In this document: in pieces, positions 20,041 to 31,169 of the stretch
Position numbering within the stretch: the stretch's first letter is position 1
Layout: every line of letters begins with the position of its first letter
NCBI GenBank assembly: GCA_040954595.2
Contig: JBECUI020000044.1
Span: 24,070 to 88,069, forward strand
Direction of reading: 5' to 3'
DNA length: 64,000 bases
From: Balanoglossus misakiensis
Taxonomy: Eukaryota; Animalia; Hemichordata
Notes under the pieces: generated by a model
The model's database searches: none
Told to the model about the DNA's origin: nothing
The model's input: only the letters and a program-made list of their open reading frames with translations
Made by a program: the position numbers and the translations under genes

Positions 20041-20832
20041 ATGTCGGCAGACCTTATAGATAGTTTTTCAATAGCAGGCACGAATTATTCTTCTCGGTTG
20101 TTAGTGGGAACGGGGAAATATAAGGGTCTACAGGAAACGAAATATGCTATTGAAAGTAGCGGTGCTGAGATCGTTACCGTATCAATACGCAGGGCAGTCC
20201 TCAACAATGAAGGCAGGACATCCAGTTTGCTGGAAGCGATTTCGCCTGATAAATACACCATTTTACCCAATACAGCAGGTTGCTATGATGTTGAATCTGC
20301 TATTAAGACTTGCAAACTGGCAAGAGAATTGTTGGACGGGCAGAACCTAGTGAAATTGGAGGTGCTTGGAGATGAAAAAACACTATTTCCGGATATACCG
20401 AAGACATTTGAAGCAGCGAAACATCTTATAGATGATAACTTTAAGGTGATGGTCTATACGACTGATGATCCAGTTATGGCTAAGCGATTTGAGGAAATTG
20501 GTTGTGTCGCGGTAATGCCACTTGCCGCACCGATTGGCTCAGGAACTTGGGTTCGTAATCCCTACAATATCCGTGTGATTGTTGAAAATGCTTCGGTGCC
20601 AATACTTGTAGATGCGGGTGTTGGCACAGCGTCTGACGCGGCAATTGTGATGGAACTTGGTTGCGATGGAGTGCTTATGAATACGGCGATTGCGGAAGCT
20701 GATAACCCTATATTGATGGCAAAGGCGATGAAAAAAGCGGTTGAAGCAGGGCGGCACGCTTATTTAGCGGGTAGAATGCCAAAACGGGCTTATGCCCACG
20801 CTTCCTCTCCGTTAGACCATTATTTTTTCTAA
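20041..20832 (+). CDS. thiG: Thiazole synthase
   Basis: Motifs [31 protein letters not shown] and DAGVG. Confidence 0.96.
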   Translation: MSADLIDSFSIAGTNYSSRLLVGTGKYKGLQETKYAIESSGAEIVTVSIRRAVLNNEGRTSSLLEAISPDKYTILPNTAGCYDVESAIKTCKLARELLDGQNLVKLEVLGDEKTLFPDIPKTFEAAKHLIDDNFKVMVYTTDDPVMAKRFEEIGCVAVMPLAAPIGSGTWVRNPYNIRVIVENASVPILVDAGVGTASDAAIVMELGCDGVLMNTAIAEADNPILMAKAMKKAVEAGRHAYLAGRMPKRAYAHASSPLDHYFF

Positions 20833-20878
20833 CACCTTAAAATGAGGGTTAGCGCATCTTCCTAATTCGAATGCAATT

Positions 20879-21583
20879 GTGCTAAGCCAAAATACAATTA
20901 GGTATAAGCAGCCGGGTGTGCGAAGTTATGTAAAGCGCAGTCGGAAATTGACAAAATTACTGCGTGACGCACTAGATGATTACTGGGATAAACATAGTGT
21001 TTGTCGTCATCCCAAGCCCATAGATTTTGAATCATTGTTTGGGAGGCGTGCACCCGTCATTATGGATGTTGGTGTCGGTGTGGGCGATACAACAATCGCT
21101 CATGCCTTGCTGCACCCGGAGAATAATTACCTTGCTATTGACGTTCACCTCTCCGGGTTAGCACAACTTCTACGAAAAATAGAAATTCACGGGTTATCTA
21201 ACATTAAGGTTATCAATGGCGATGTCATTGATGTTTTAGAGGAACTGATCCCTCGTCGTTCATTGACCCAGGTTTTTATCTTTTTTCCCGACCCTTGGCC
21301 TAAAAAAAGGCATCATAAACGTCGCCTTATTAATGACAGGTTAATAGAGCTGCTAGGTACGAGAATCATTGCACAAGGCCGTTTACATATCTCAACGGAT
21401 TGGAAGGATTACGCAATACATATAAAAACACTATGCGATTCTGAATCAACATTGATTAACCTTGCCGGCAATGGACGTATCGCCCCACGGCCGAATTGGC
21501 GTATTACAACGCGTTATGAAGCAAGAGGATTAAGACTGGGGCATAGTGTTTTCGATTTTTGTTTTGGTTTTGCCAATCAGTAA
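20879..21583 (+). CDS. trmB: tRNA (guanine-N7)-methyltransferase
   Basis: Motifs FFPDPWPKKRHHKRR, TDWKDYA and TRYEARG. Confidence 0.93.
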   Translation: MLSQNTIRYKQPGVRSYVKRSRKLTKLLRDALDDYWDKHSVCRHPKPIDFESLFGRRAPVIMDVGVGVGDTTIAHALLHPENNYLAIDVHLSGLAQLLRKIEIHGLSNIKVINGDVIDVLEELIPRRSLTQVFIFFPDPWPKKRHHKRRLINDRLIELLGTRIIAQGRLHISTDWKDYAIHIKTLCDSESTLINLAGNGRIAPRPNWRITTRYEARGLRLGHSVFDFCFGFANQ

Positions 21584-21588
21584 AAAGG

Positions 21589-21661
21589 TGGCCAGGGGCA
21601 GAATCGAACTGCCGACACAGGGATTTTCAGTCCCCTGCTCTACCGGCTGAGCTACCTGGCC
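21589..21661 (-). tRNA. tRNA-Phe (GAA)
   Basis: Reverse complement reads GGCCAGGTAGCTCAG...CTGAAAA...GTTCGATT...CCTGGCCA, followed by CCT rather than CCA. Confidence 0.94.
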
Positions 21662-21729
21662 ATTACATAAAAAATAACTAAAATATGTACCTGTTTAGAT
21701 AATTTTGTCTTGACGGTCAATGACATCAT

Positions 21730-21996
21730 TTAACGCTCTGTATATTCTTTCGGTTTTTTAGAGCCTTCCCCAAAGAAAAAATTCTCCATCTCATTTTCAA
21801 GAAATTTGCGGTCTTTATGCTCGATGGGTGTTAAACGATATTCATTTATCAGTATAGTTTGGTGCCGCAACCACATTTGCCATGCTTCCTTTGAAACCTG
21901 AACATAAATGCGTTCCCCAATCTTTCCCGGATAAGGTGGCGCATCTAATCCTTCTGCTTCCTTATCTAATTTCACGCAATGTATCTTTCGAGTCAT
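21730..21996 (-). CDS. yggX: Fe(II)-trafficking/oxidative damage protection protein
   Basis: [21 protein letters not shown] and QTILINE.RL. Confidence 0.93.
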   Translation of the reverse strand: MTRKIHCVKLDKEAEGLDAPPYPGKIGERIYVQVSKEAWQMWLRHQTILINEYRLTPIEHKDRKFLENEMENFFFGEGSKKPKEYTER

Positions 21997-23078
21997 TTGC
22001 AATATTCCTCATCGTTATTTAGCCTTTTAAACAAAGACAAAACAGGCACGGGAAGCCCCAAGCGATGTTTCAAGCGAGGGTCATGCCATGTTATGTTTGC
22101 TGCGCCATGTATCATACCATTTGAATACCCTTTTAGCTTTATATGTATAGGCCTAATCAATAGCCTAAAGTGGCTAAAGCTATGCTTGAAGGCCTTGTAT
22201 TCTATTTGGCTTGCAATGCTAAAGCCATATTTTTGCTCAAGTCTATTTTTTATGGAAATATTAGGCGAGAATTCGGGAAAACACCATAATTTCCCCCATA
22301 TACCGTTTGGCGGGCGTTGCTCCAGCAACACCTCACTCTTTTCGTTTTCAATAATTGCAAATATCGTTTCTTTGTCAGGAATAGCCGTACTGTTAGATCT
22401 TGGAGACGGAAATTCACACTGTCTCGCGGTTTTTTGAGCAAAGCAATCTTTGTTTAGGGGGCAGCGATTGCAATGTGGAGCAGAACGAGTACAGACTGTT
22501 GCTCCCAGGTCCATAATTGCTTGCGTATAGTCTGCAGGCGACTTTTTCGGGGTGTGTAATTCAGCAAGAGACCAGAGCCTATGTTCAGTCTCTTTCTTAT
22601 TTGCCCCGCCTAGAACACCATGATAACGGCTTAATATACGTTTGACATTGCCGTCTAGTATGGGATTACTTTGCCCGTATGCCAGTGCCGAAATTGCAGC
22701 CGCTGTGGAACGGCCTATACCAGGAAGACTCATCATATTATCTAGGGTGCGAGGGAACCGCCCTTTATGTTCCTTTATGATTATTTTCGCCGCCTTATGC
22801 ATGTTTCTTGCCCGTGCGTAATACCCTAAACCAGACCAGTAATGTAGTACATCGTCTAACTCTGCATCGGCTAATGTTTTTAATCTAGGAAACTGTTTCA
22901 CAAAACGTTTGAAATACGGAATGACAGTTATCACTTGAGTTTGTTGCAACATGATTTCAGAAACCCAGACTCTATAAGGAGTGCGTCTAATCCCCCAAGG
23001 TAGATCGTGTCTGCCGTGTTTCTCAAACCAAATAAGTACCTGACTAGAGAATCTATCATTCTTGTTATGATCGATCAC
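21993..23078 (-). CDS. mutY: A/G-specific adenine glycosylase
   Basis: Motifs [31 protein letters not shown] and the Fe-S CX6CX2CX5C. Confidence 0.95.
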   Translation of the reverse strand: MIDHNKNDRFSSQVLIWFEKHGRHDLPWGIRRTPYRVWVSEIMLQQTQVITVIPYFKRFVKQFPRLKTLADAELDDVLHYWSGLGYYARARNMHKAAKIIIKEHKGRFPRTLDNMMSLPGIGRSTAAAISALAYGQSNPILDGNVKRILSRYHGVLGGANKKETEHRLWSLAELHTPKKSPADYTQAIMDLGATVCTRSAPHCNRCPLNKDCFAQKTARQCEFPSPRSNSTAIPDKETIFAIIENEKSEVLLEQRPPNGIWGKLWCFPEFSPNISIKNRLEQKYGFSIASQIEYKAFKHSFSHFRLLIRPIHIKLKGYSNGMIHGAANITWHDPRLKHRLGLPVPVLSLFKRLNNDEEYCK

Positions 23079-25533
23079 TAGAACAATTCTTTAAGTAATT
23101 TTTAGTTTTCTCGACCTGCTCCTTTAGATTGCCAAGTCCATCGCCTTTTTCCCTTGCCTCATTTTTTGAATCTTGTTTGATTATGTCCGGCAATTCAATG
23201 TCAATAAGCTTCTTGCCAAGATCTTCGACCTTCTTGACGCCTTCTTTTAATATGAAACCTGCTATTGCACCAGCATCAGGCAAACACTTTTTGCTACTGA
23301 TTTTGCCTCGACACTGTATAGGGATAACATAGTCCCCCATGCTATAGGCCTTTCCTGTTTCTGTTACACCGTCTTTGTCAATAGTAAGTTGCATATCATA
23401 TTTCCATGTTTCATCATTTAGATTGATTAGCATTCCTTTGCCATTGATCTTGAAAATCGGTGCAAGCATTAGTAGATCATGGTTATCAACAACGCCGTTT
23501 TTTATATTCAACGTGGCTGTTAGTGAGTCAAATTCAGTCTTCCCTGAAGTATCAATTTTGCCTAAGCGTTTTGTCTTATACATTGCGTTAACTTGATCAA
23601 GTATTTTATGGACATCAAACCCGTCAAGCCCGCCCTTTTTTAACGCTATATTTCCTGTACCGGATAGTTTGCTTTTTAAGGTGTTCATGTCTTTTCCCGA
23701 AGAGCGTAGCGAGAGACCAATATTAATATTGCCAAGCAGGGGAGGCGTATCTACAAGATCGGCCAATAAAGGGGCAAGCTGAACATTATCCAGCTTTGCG
23801 TCCACCATTAGATGTGGCGTTTCTCCGCTCGCATCTAGTCGCAGGTCGCCGGCATAATCTCCTCCATATAACTCTGCTTTAAAAGGCGCTAGTTTTATCT
23901 TGCCTTTATCGGCATGAATATGGATGTCCAAGTCCGAAAGTGTCATACCCGAAACAATAAGCCGATCAATTTCCAGCCCCCCTGTTACCTTCAAATCTCT
24001 TAGCATTTTGTTGGGCAATTCAATGACAACAGGTTTTTCGGGCCCCTTCTTTTTTGCTTTATTAGGCGTAGATGTATTTGTCGCTTGTAACGATAGATAG
24101 GGGTCTGCATTTATATTGTCAATACTAGCCTTAAATTCTATATCCAACGGCAAGAAGCGTTTTATATTGATGTTGCCTTGCAGTTCCGTTTCATCTAGTT
24201 TTACCTTTAGTTTCTCTAAGGCAAGGCTGGATATGGGTTGTTTGACGTTATTTGTATTTAGCTTGGCATTAAATTTTGTTGCAAGTGAGTATGAGCTTGA
24301 GATATTAGCAAGTTGTTTTGTGAGCATCCGAATATCTTTTTTGCTTTGCCCCTTAAATTCGGCAGCGATTTTCATCAAGACAGGCAGGTCATCAATATCA
24401 ATACTAATTTCACCTCCTAAATAAGGTGTTTCTGACTTGACATCGTGCGCCTCAATCTCTGCGTTAATCTTACTTTTTAGCGTTTCAATGCTTAGTTTAT
24501 TTATATCTATATGATTGCCGTCATCATCTACTTCAAACGAAGCGTGTAAGGCAAATTCTTTTGCATCACTAAACCGGCTAGCAAGCGTATCCATTTTCAC
24601 CGACTTGAGAAGGCGGCTTAGATCTTTGCTTGTCAGCTTAACGTCCCCATTAAATTCCTTTGGCGTCCCTTTAAGTAATTCGGAAACGTTTATTTCTCCC
24701 GTTATCTCGGCACCAAAAGCGGTTAGATCAGAGATCTTTATTTGGGTTATATCTTCGTCGAAGTCAATGTCTACCTGCGTATTTAATTTAATCAACGCAG
24801 TATTATTATGAAAAGCTCCATTTCTAATATTTACCCCCAATAACACTGGAGCCAGTATTAGACGATCACCGTTTTTGTCATATGTGGCGGTGGCCTTGAG
24901 TTCAACTGCAGCAGATACCGCAGGATCTGAGACTGCTACATTTAAGAGGGCAGTCATTGTCATAGGCGTATCCAGAGCCAATGCGCTTGTACTGATATTT
25001 ATATCAGTAATTTTATACTCTACATCTTGTTGCAGATCACGCCAATAGACATTGGCATTCTTTATATCAATTCCGCCAAGCACTAATGCTTGCAGCGGAT
25101 TATCCCCATCACTTGTCTCGGCACCATTTTGCGCCCCGATTAAATCGTCCCAATTATTTACCCCATTATGGTTCCTGCTAAGACGGAGCGTTGCATCATG
25201 TAACACTAAGGTGTCCATTTCCAGTTTTCCCGTTAGGAGGGGTAGTAGTTTTGCGCGCACCCTGACAGTCTTTGTTTCTAACAAAGGACCGCCCCCAAAC
25301 CCGGCGGCATCACTTAGACTAATCCCCTCAATATCAAGTGCCAACCAAGGGTAAAAGTGGACGTCTATATCGCCGTCAATATGTAGATCACGCCCTGTCT
25401 CTTCTTTTACTTTATGAACAATCCACTGTTTATAATCATTAGGGTTAATGGATGTTAATATGATCGCCGAGATGCCGATAACAAATATAACCAAAAAAAT
25501 AAATATAAAACCTAATTTAATGAGCCCTTTCAT
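23065..25533 (-). CDS. asmA: AsmA family protein
   Basis: N-terminal TM helix, NPNDYK...TGR.L.I.G and LYGG; asmA-mutY synteny. Confidence 0.85.
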   Translation of the reverse strand: MKGLIKLGFIFIFLVIFVIGISAIILTSINPNDYKQWIVHKVKEETGRDLHIDGDIDVHFYPWLALDIEGISLSDAAGFGGGPLLETKTVRVRAKLLPLLTGKLEMDTLVLHDATLRLSRNHNGVNNWDDLIGAQNGAETSDGDNPLQALVLGGIDIKNANVYWRDLQQDVEYKITDINISTSALALDTPMTMTALLNVAVSDPAVSAAVELKATATYDKNGDRLILAPVLLGVNIRNGAFHNNTALIKLNTQVDIDFDEDITQIKISDLTAFGAEITGEINVSELLKGTPKEFNGDVKLTSKDLSRLLKSVKMDTLASRFSDAKEFALHASFEVDDDGNHIDINKLSIETLKSKINAEIEAHDVKSETPYLGGEISIDIDDLPVLMKIAAEFKGQSKKDIRMLTKQLANISSSYSLATKFNAKLNTNNVKQPISSLALEKLKVKLDETELQGNINIKRFLPLDIEFKASIDNINADPYLSLQATNTSTPNKAKKKGPEKPVVIELPNKMLRDLKVTGGLEIDRLIVSGMTLSDLDIHIHADKGKIKLAPFKAELYGGDYAGDLRLDASGETPHLMVDAKLDNVQLAPLLADLVDTPPLLGNINIGLSLRSSGKDMNTLKSKLSGTGNIALKKGGLDGFDVHKILDQVNAMYKTKRLGKIDTSGKTEFDSLTATLNIKNGVVDNHDLLMLAPIFKINGKGMLINLNDETWKYDMQLTIDKDGVTETGKAYSMGDYVIPIQCRGKISSKKCLPDAGAIAGFILKEGVKKVEDLGKKLIDIELPDIIKQDSKNEAREKGDGLGNLKEQVEKTKNYLKNCSSDRS

Positions 25534-25561
25534 TTTTTGCTACCCCTTTGCGTTATGCGTG

Positions 25562-26962
25562 TTAGATTTCATTCATTCTTTTGGTGAGACGAGCAATTGC
25601 TTTCTCAACTTGCTTGGGGGAGGTGCCGCCGATATGATCGCGAGAAGAAACAGACCCCTCCGGTGTTAGGAGGGCGAAGACATCATCATTTATCTTTGGG
25701 CTAAATCGCCGAAGCTCAGATAAACTAATCGAAGACAAATCTTTATTATTTTCGATTGCATGTCGGACGATTTTCCCGACTATTTCGTGGGCATCTCGAA
25801 AGGCAATCCCATTGCGCACCAGATAGTCTGCTAAGTCGGTTGCTGTAGAAAAGCCTTTTGTTGCGGCTCGGTATAAGACTGTTTTATCAAGCGTAATTGT
25901 AGGTAACAACCCGATATAGGCGTCAAGGCAGGATTTTACCGTATCGATAGCCTCAAACAGGCATTTCTTGTCTTCTTGGTTGTCCCTGTTATACGACAAG
26001 GGTTGCCCCTTCATCAGGGTCAATAGCGCCATGAGCTCTCCAAATACCCTGCCTGTTTTCCCCCTTACTAATTCAGGTATATCCGGATTTTTTTTCTGGG
26101 GCATAATTGATGAACCTGTGCACCATGCCTCACCTAAATCCACAAAACCATTCGCTGATGACATCCATTCAATTAATTCTTCAGAAAAACGAGATAAATG
26201 CATCATGATAAGGCTTGCGCAACTTAAAAACTCTATTGCAAAATCTCGGTCGCTCACCGCGTCTAGTGAATTCTCGGCAACCCTGTCGAATCCCAAAATT
26301 TCTGCAGTATATTGACGGTCTATTGGGTAAGAAGTGCCCGCCAGTGCACCTGATCCAAGAGGCGATACATTTAGTCTCTTGTGGCAATCCTTGAGTCGTC
26401 CCAGGTCGCGGATAAGCATCTCCACCCAAGCCAAAATATGATGCCCAAAGGTGACCGGTTGGGCTGATTGTAAATGGGTAAGGCCGGGCATGATGGTATC
26501 GGTGTGGGCAGAGGCAAGTTTTAGTAGAACATTTAGCAATGCCTTTATCTTTTGACGGATAAGATCAATCTCATCTCGCAAATATAAGCGTATATCGGTA
26601 GCAATTTGATCATTCCTAGAGCGCGCAGTATGCAGCTTTTTGCCCACTTCACCAATGTTGTGTATTAGGGCGGCTTCAATATTCATGTGCACGTCTTCTA
26701 GTTTGCTTGACCATTGCATGCGATTTGCTTTGATATCAAGTGCAATTTTCTCTAATCCTTTGACAATTTTCACGCTTTCTTGTTGGGTTACGATTCCGAC
26801 TTTTGCCAACATGCGTACGTGTGCGATTGAAGCCTTGATATCGTAATGGGCTAGACGTTTATCATAAGAGATCGACTCCGTAAACTGCTCAACAAAGACA
26901 TTCGTTGGCACGGCAAATCGCCCCCCCCAAGGTTTTTCCATATCATTTTCTATGCCATTCAT
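25562..26962 (-). CDS. argH: Argininosuccinate lyase
   Basis: Motifs [14 protein letters not shown] and [12 protein letters not shown]. Confidence 0.96.
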   Translation of the reverse strand: MNGIENDMEKPWGGRFAVPTNVFVEQFTESISYDKRLAHYDIKASIAHVRMLAKVGIVTQQESVKIVKGLEKIALDIKANRMQWSSKLEDVHMNIEAALIHNIGEVGKKLHTARSRNDQIATDIRLYLRDEIDLIRQKIKALLNVLLKLASAHTDTIMPGLTHLQSAQPVTFGHHILAWVEMLIRDLGRLKDCHKRLNVSPLGSGALAGTSYPIDRQYTAEILGFDRVAENSLDAVSDRDFAIEFLSCASLIMMHLSRFSEELIEWMSSANGFVDLGEAWCTGSSIMPQKKNPDIPELVRGKTGRVFGELMALLTLMKGQPLSYNRDNQEDKKCLFEAIDTVKSCLDAYIGLLPTITLDKTVLYRAATKGFSTATDLADYLVRNGIAFRDAHEIVGKIVRHAIENNKDLSSISLSELRRFSPKINDDVFALLTPEGSVSSRDHIGGTSPKQVEKAIARLTKRMNEI

Positions 26963-27017
26963 AATATAATCTATATCCGCTTAGATTGGGATTAATCCTA
27001 ATGCATGTGGCATAAAT

Positions 27018-28085
27018 ATGCTAGAAAAAAACAATCAAAACAAAGTAAACTTTCTCCCCAACTTTTGTAAAGCAGAAGTCTTATTCATTGTTATCCTTAG
27101 CGCGGAATTTCTTGCAATCATATTGTCTTTCGCCTCTTTGCCATATACCTCTAATGCCTTGCATGACCTGGCGGTCAATTCTTTATTTATTCAATGGGTA
27201 GCTCTTAGTTGTGCCGGGTTGCTCTGTCTCTTTAGACAATATATTGCAAGTTTACGTAAACAGGCCGCCGTTCTTTTTAGCTATATACTGATAATAATCA
27301 TTACATTTGTTATTGCCGAACTCGCTTGGCGATTTTTGTATGTTTATCCGAATGCAGACGTTTTAACCCAGTATCAATATGTTATTTTTCTGTTGCGCCC
27401 GGTAGGGATTGCGGCAATTGTAGGCGCGATTGTATTACGCTATTTTTATGTACAGCACCAGTGGCGGGTTAATGTGGAAGCCGTTGCGAATGCCCGTTAC
27501 CAGGTACTACAATCTAAAATACGCCCTCATTTTTTATTCAATTGCATGAATACCGTGGCAAGTTTGATACACAAGTCTCCGGATTTAGCGGAACGAACCA
27601 TTGAGGATATAGCAGAACTTTTGCGTACAAATTTATGGGCATCAAACGATTTATGCAAAATTACAGAAGAGATACAACTATGTTTGCGTTATCTGCGAAT
27701 AGAAAAGCATCGTTTAGGAGAACGATTGCATATTGAATGGGATATTGAATCATTGCCCAAAGATGCCTTGCTCCCTCCCTTGTGCCTGCAGCCGCTACTT
27801 GAAAACGCAGTCTATCATGGCATAGAAAGATTGCCGGAAGGAGGCATTATCTCTATAACCGGAAAATTGCTAGGTGGTAAAATACATATGAGTTTTAGCA
27901 ATCCAACCTTATCTACTGCTATTAAAACCGAACGCGAAAGAAATAAACAAGCACTGGAGAATATTGGCCAGAGATTGGACGCGGTATTTGGTGATGAGGG
28001 CAAGATAAGCATTGATAGTACAGATGACCGTTTTCAAGTGGTATTCAGGATTCCTTATAAGGCTTATGAAGATACTAATCGTTGA
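27018..28085 (+). CDS. algZ: LytS-type sensor kinase AlgZ/FimS
   Basis: TM region, IRPHFLFN and QPLLENAVYHG; argH-algZ-algR synteny. Confidence 0.85.
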   Translation: MLEKNNQNKVNFLPNFCKAEVLFIVILSAEFLAIILSFASLPYTSNALHDLAVNSLFIQWVALSCAGLLCLFRQYIASLRKQAAVLFSYILIIIITFVIAELAWRFLYVYPNADVLTQYQYVIFLLRPVGIAAIVGAIVLRYFYVQHQWRVNVEAVANARYQVLQSKIRPHFLFNCMNTVASLIHKSPDLAERTIEDIAELLRTNLWASNDLCKITEEIQLCLRYLRIEKHRLGERLHIEWDIESLPKDALLPPLCLQPLLENAVYHGIERLPEGGIISITGKLLGGKIHMSFSNPTLSTAIKTERERNKQALENIGQRLDAVFGDEGKISIDSTDDRFQVVFRIPYKAYEDTNR

Positions 28086-28803
28086 TGATGAGGCATTAGC
28101 ACGTGCACGCTTGCACAACATTGTCCTTGATTTCTTTCCGGATGCTTGTGTTGATGAGGCTTCTAATGGCTTGGAAGCGCTAGATAAGATTAACGCATGC
28201 ATTCCCGATATTGTTTTGCTAGATATACGGATGCCCGGCCTAGATGGGTTGGAGCTAGCCGGACATTTGTTGCATTTGACGACACTGCCGTCTGTTATCT
28301 TTACAACCGCCTATCAGGAGCATGCCTTGCGCGCGTTTGAGGTGCATGCTGTTGACTACCTACTTAAACCAGTGCGAAGAGAACGACTCAAAGAAGCGAT
28401 ACAACGTGCCGCCACTATCAGTCGCGCTAAAATAAATAGCCTCAACAAGACAACAGGATTTAAGTCAGCACGTTCGCATTTAAGCGTAATGTGGCGGGGC
28501 AATATCCAATTAATCCCTATTGAGAGCATCCATTATTTTAAGGCGGATCAGAAGTATGTTGTAGCCGTTTGGCCTGATAATGAAATATTGATAAGTGAAT
28601 CCCTCGTATCATTAGAATCAGAATTCTCAGACTACTTTATTCGCATCCATCGCAATGCGCTAGTCGCTACACGCTATATTGATGCACTATATAAAAATAC
28701 GGATGGACAGTACGTTATTCGATTAGCGAATCTATCTGTTGATTTAGCTGTTAGTCGACGGCATCTGGCAAGAGTAAAGAGGATTATTAAGAAACAGGTG
28801 TGA
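28066..28803 (+). CDS. algR: LytTR response regulator AlgR
   Basis: Motifs VDDE, LDIRMPG, DYLLKP, FIRIHRNALV and VSRRH. Confidence 0.88.
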   Translation: MKILIVDDEALARARLHNIVLDFFPDACVDEASNGLEALDKINACIPDIVLLDIRMPGLDGLELAGHLLHLTTLPSVIFTTAYQEHALRAFEVHAVDYLLKPVRRERLKEAIQRAATISRAKINSLNKTTGFKSARSHLSVMWRGNIQLIPIESIHYFKADQKYVVAVWPDNEILISESLVSLESEFSDYFIRIHRNALVATRYIDALYKNTDGQYVIRLANLSVDLAVSRRHLARVKRIIKKQV

Positions 28804-30085
28804 TTTCGTGAGCAGCGGCAAGCAGGGCTAAGCGTGTTATAACGCTGTAAGTATAAAAGCGATTTTGATGGTGATAGCTATGAGACTGCTCCGGATTGGG
28901 TGAGATATCGCAATCATCAAAGGTTAGCGGCTTAAAGCGCATGCCAGGAGAGTTTAGGTTTTGGGTTGCTGACCGCTTGGAATGCACGCGATAAAACCCG
29001 CCAATGACTTTACTTCCAAATGTATAGATTACCGGCTCTGCAACAGTTTCTTGCTTTCCCCAAATTTCATGCGTATATATTCCTTCTTGAATAATGACCC
29101 GACTTATTTTTTTGCTTTCCTTTGTTGTCGCCATACGTGTTCTTTCTTTACGGTTTAATGTGGCGATTTCCTCTGCACTGCGCACGGTCATTACCCCCAT
29201 ACCGTAAGTTCCCGCATCCGCTTTCACAACAACAAATGGCTCGCTATCCACATTATATTCTTTGTATTTAGCACGTATGGCCTGTAGCAAGAATTCTGTA
29301 TTTCTTGATAAGCAATCAACTCCTTGGCGTTTCATAAAATCAACCTCGCCGCAGTTGCGGAATATGGGATTTATCAACCATTGATCAATGTCGAGCATGT
29401 CGGCGAATTCTCGTGCGACTTGTTGATAGAAGGTGAAATAATTAGATTTCAGCCTACTTGACCAACCAAGATGCATGGGCGGTACTATGGGTTGCTTGAT
29501 GTTGTCCAATATATTAGGCCTGCCGGCAGATAAATCATTGTTTAGCAATATAAGGTCAGGTACAAAACCATCTACAAACACAAGATCTCGTTCCCTTTTG
29601 ATCGGTTCTAACGATACCGCACGCGCATCGCCAAGTTTAATACAGCTTGATTCTGCCCCATCCTGTGATAGGCTGCCAACCCTAGTCTTAAATCCTGCCT
29701 TGTTAATAATCGATTGCAGGGAAGCGATATTTTCCATGTAAAATAAGTTGCGTGTGTGGTTTTCAGGGACGATAAGTATTTTATCAATGGGCATCTTTAT
29801 GTGTTCAATGGCCATTTGCAACGCTTGTACATAAAATGGCTCAAACGACACACTAAGATTATTAAATCCTGCGGGGAATAAATTAGTGTCTATCGGCGCT
29901 ATCTTATAGCCTGCGTTGCGTAGGTCGATGGAAGCATAAAACGGAGCTTGCATTGCTTGCCAAGCGTTTCTAAACCAAGCTTCAATAGCGGTCTGATTAT
30001 CAAGCATTAAGCGTTCCAGATTCTGGAAAGGACTTACCAGTGTGGTTGTTAGACCACGAAGGTTGCAGCCTTTGTCAATATTCAT
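28787..30085 (-). CDS. gshA: Glutamate--cysteine ligase (ATP-grasp GshA type)
   Basis: Motifs PFYASIDLRNAG, DTNLFPAGFNNL, PENHTRN, KADAGTYGMG and NRFYTY. Confidence 0.9.
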   Translation of the reverse strand: MNIDKGCNLRGLTTTLVSPFQNLERLMLDNQTAIEAWFRNAWQAMQAPFYASIDLRNAGYKIAPIDTNLFPAGFNNLSVSFEPFYVQALQMAIEHIKMPIDKILIVPENHTRNLFYMENIASLQSIINKAGFKTRVGSLSQDGAESSCIKLGDARAVSLEPIKRERDLVFVDGFVPDLILLNNDLSAGRPNILDNIKQPIVPPMHLGWSSRLKSNYFTFYQQVAREFADMLDIDQWLINPIFRNCGEVDFMKRQGVDCLSRNTEFLLQAIRAKYKEYNVDSEPFVVVKADAGTYGMGVMTVRSAEEIATLNRKERTRMATTKESKKISRVIIQEGIYTHEIWGKQETVAEPVIYTFGSKVIGGFYRVHSKRSATQNLNSPGMRFKPLTFDDCDISPNPEQSHSYHHQNRFYTYSVITRLALLAAAHEITPVS

Positions 30086-30355
30086 AAGGTTTACGATAAT
30101 TAAGCATGCAGGCGGACATGGTAGCATAGTGCTTAAGATTTGGGCATATCCTTCTTTAGGTCTTTAGTAAGCTAAGATCTATCTTAACGCTTGTTTTTAG
30201 GGTTCCAGTATCAATGACCAGCCATTGATTTGGCCACAGAATGGATTCGCATTATTTACCCAAAGAGTGTATGGTCATTTGCTAATGGGCGATTTTTGCT
30301 GCCTTAATAATTTGAAGGTAACAGTTACTTAATTATCACATACGGCAATAAGACA

Positions 30356-30668
30356 ATGCGGCATGCAAAGTTTGCAATAGGACAGATTATCCGTCATAGG
30401 CTTTTTGGTTATCGAGGGGTAATTTTTTGATGTCGACCCTGTTTTTAGCGGTACAGATGAATGGTATAGCAAGGTAGCTAAATCACAGCCCCCAAAGGAT
30501 AAGCCTTGGTATCATGTGTTAATGGACAATTCACAGCATACGACCTATGTTGCCGAAGATAATATGGGGCTTGACGATTCCACTTTGGCCATACAGCACC
30601 CTTTAATTGAGCACTATTTTAAAGACTTTATTGATGGTCGTTATTCTTCAGCTAATATGAACAACTAG
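30356..30668 (+). CDS. hspQ: Heat shock protein HspQ (extra T in the T-run near 30425; missing from the ORF track)
   Basis: Manual translation gives MRHAKFAIGQIIRHRLFGYRGVIF/DVDPVF...PPKDKPWYHVL...TTYVAEDN...HPLI. Confidence 0.88.
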
Positions 30669-30675
30669 TCTTTTT

Positions 30676-31134
30676 ATGGAAAAGAGTATAAAAGATTACT
30701 TTGCAAGCCTATTTCAAAATGGGCCTGAGGGTAATACATCCGCGCCGTTTGGCAGGGTTGAACTTGCTACCGCTTTATTAATGATTGAAATTAGTATGGC
30801 AGATGAACGTATTCAGGAAGAAGAGCGCCAATTAGTAAAGCGTTTATTGACGGAGAATTTTAATTTATCAGAGAGTAAAGTTGAAGAATTGATAGGCTTA
30901 GCGGAGAAAGAACATGGTGATGCTGTATCTTTATACGAATATACGCGCCTATTGAATAACAATCTTTCTTCAGACGAAAAAATTAATATCATTGAATATC
31001 TATGGCAGATAGCTTATGCCGATACTGTGATAGATAAATATGAAGAATACTACATAAGAAAGATTGCAGATTTGCTGTATGTTGCCCATGCAGACTATGT
31101 TCGGGTCAAGTTAAAGGCGTCTTGTAGAGGGTAA
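30676..31134 (+). CDS. TerB family (tellurite resistance-like) protein
   Basis: Motifs LATALLMIEISMAD, SLYEYT, LWQIAYAD, EEYYIRKIADLL. Confidence 0.82.
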   Translation: MEKSIKDYFASLFQNGPEGNTSAPFGRVELATALLMIEISMADERIQEEERQLVKRLLTENFNLSESKVEELIGLAEKEHGDAVSLYEYTRLLNNNLSSDEKINIIEYLWQIAYADTVIDKYEEYYIRKIADLLYVAHADYVRVKLKASCRG

Positions 31135-31169
31135 AGCGCGCTACGTTACATGGGCAGTATCTTCGGATG

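Noticed and set aside
4449-21661. tRNA-anchored integrative elements
   Set aside because: No integrase and no duplicated tRNA 3' ends were seen.
30420-30432. Stop-codon reassignment (TGA readthrough) explaining split genes
   Set aside because: In the cases I traced, homology resumes in a different frame, and TGA terminates intact genes such as nusB.
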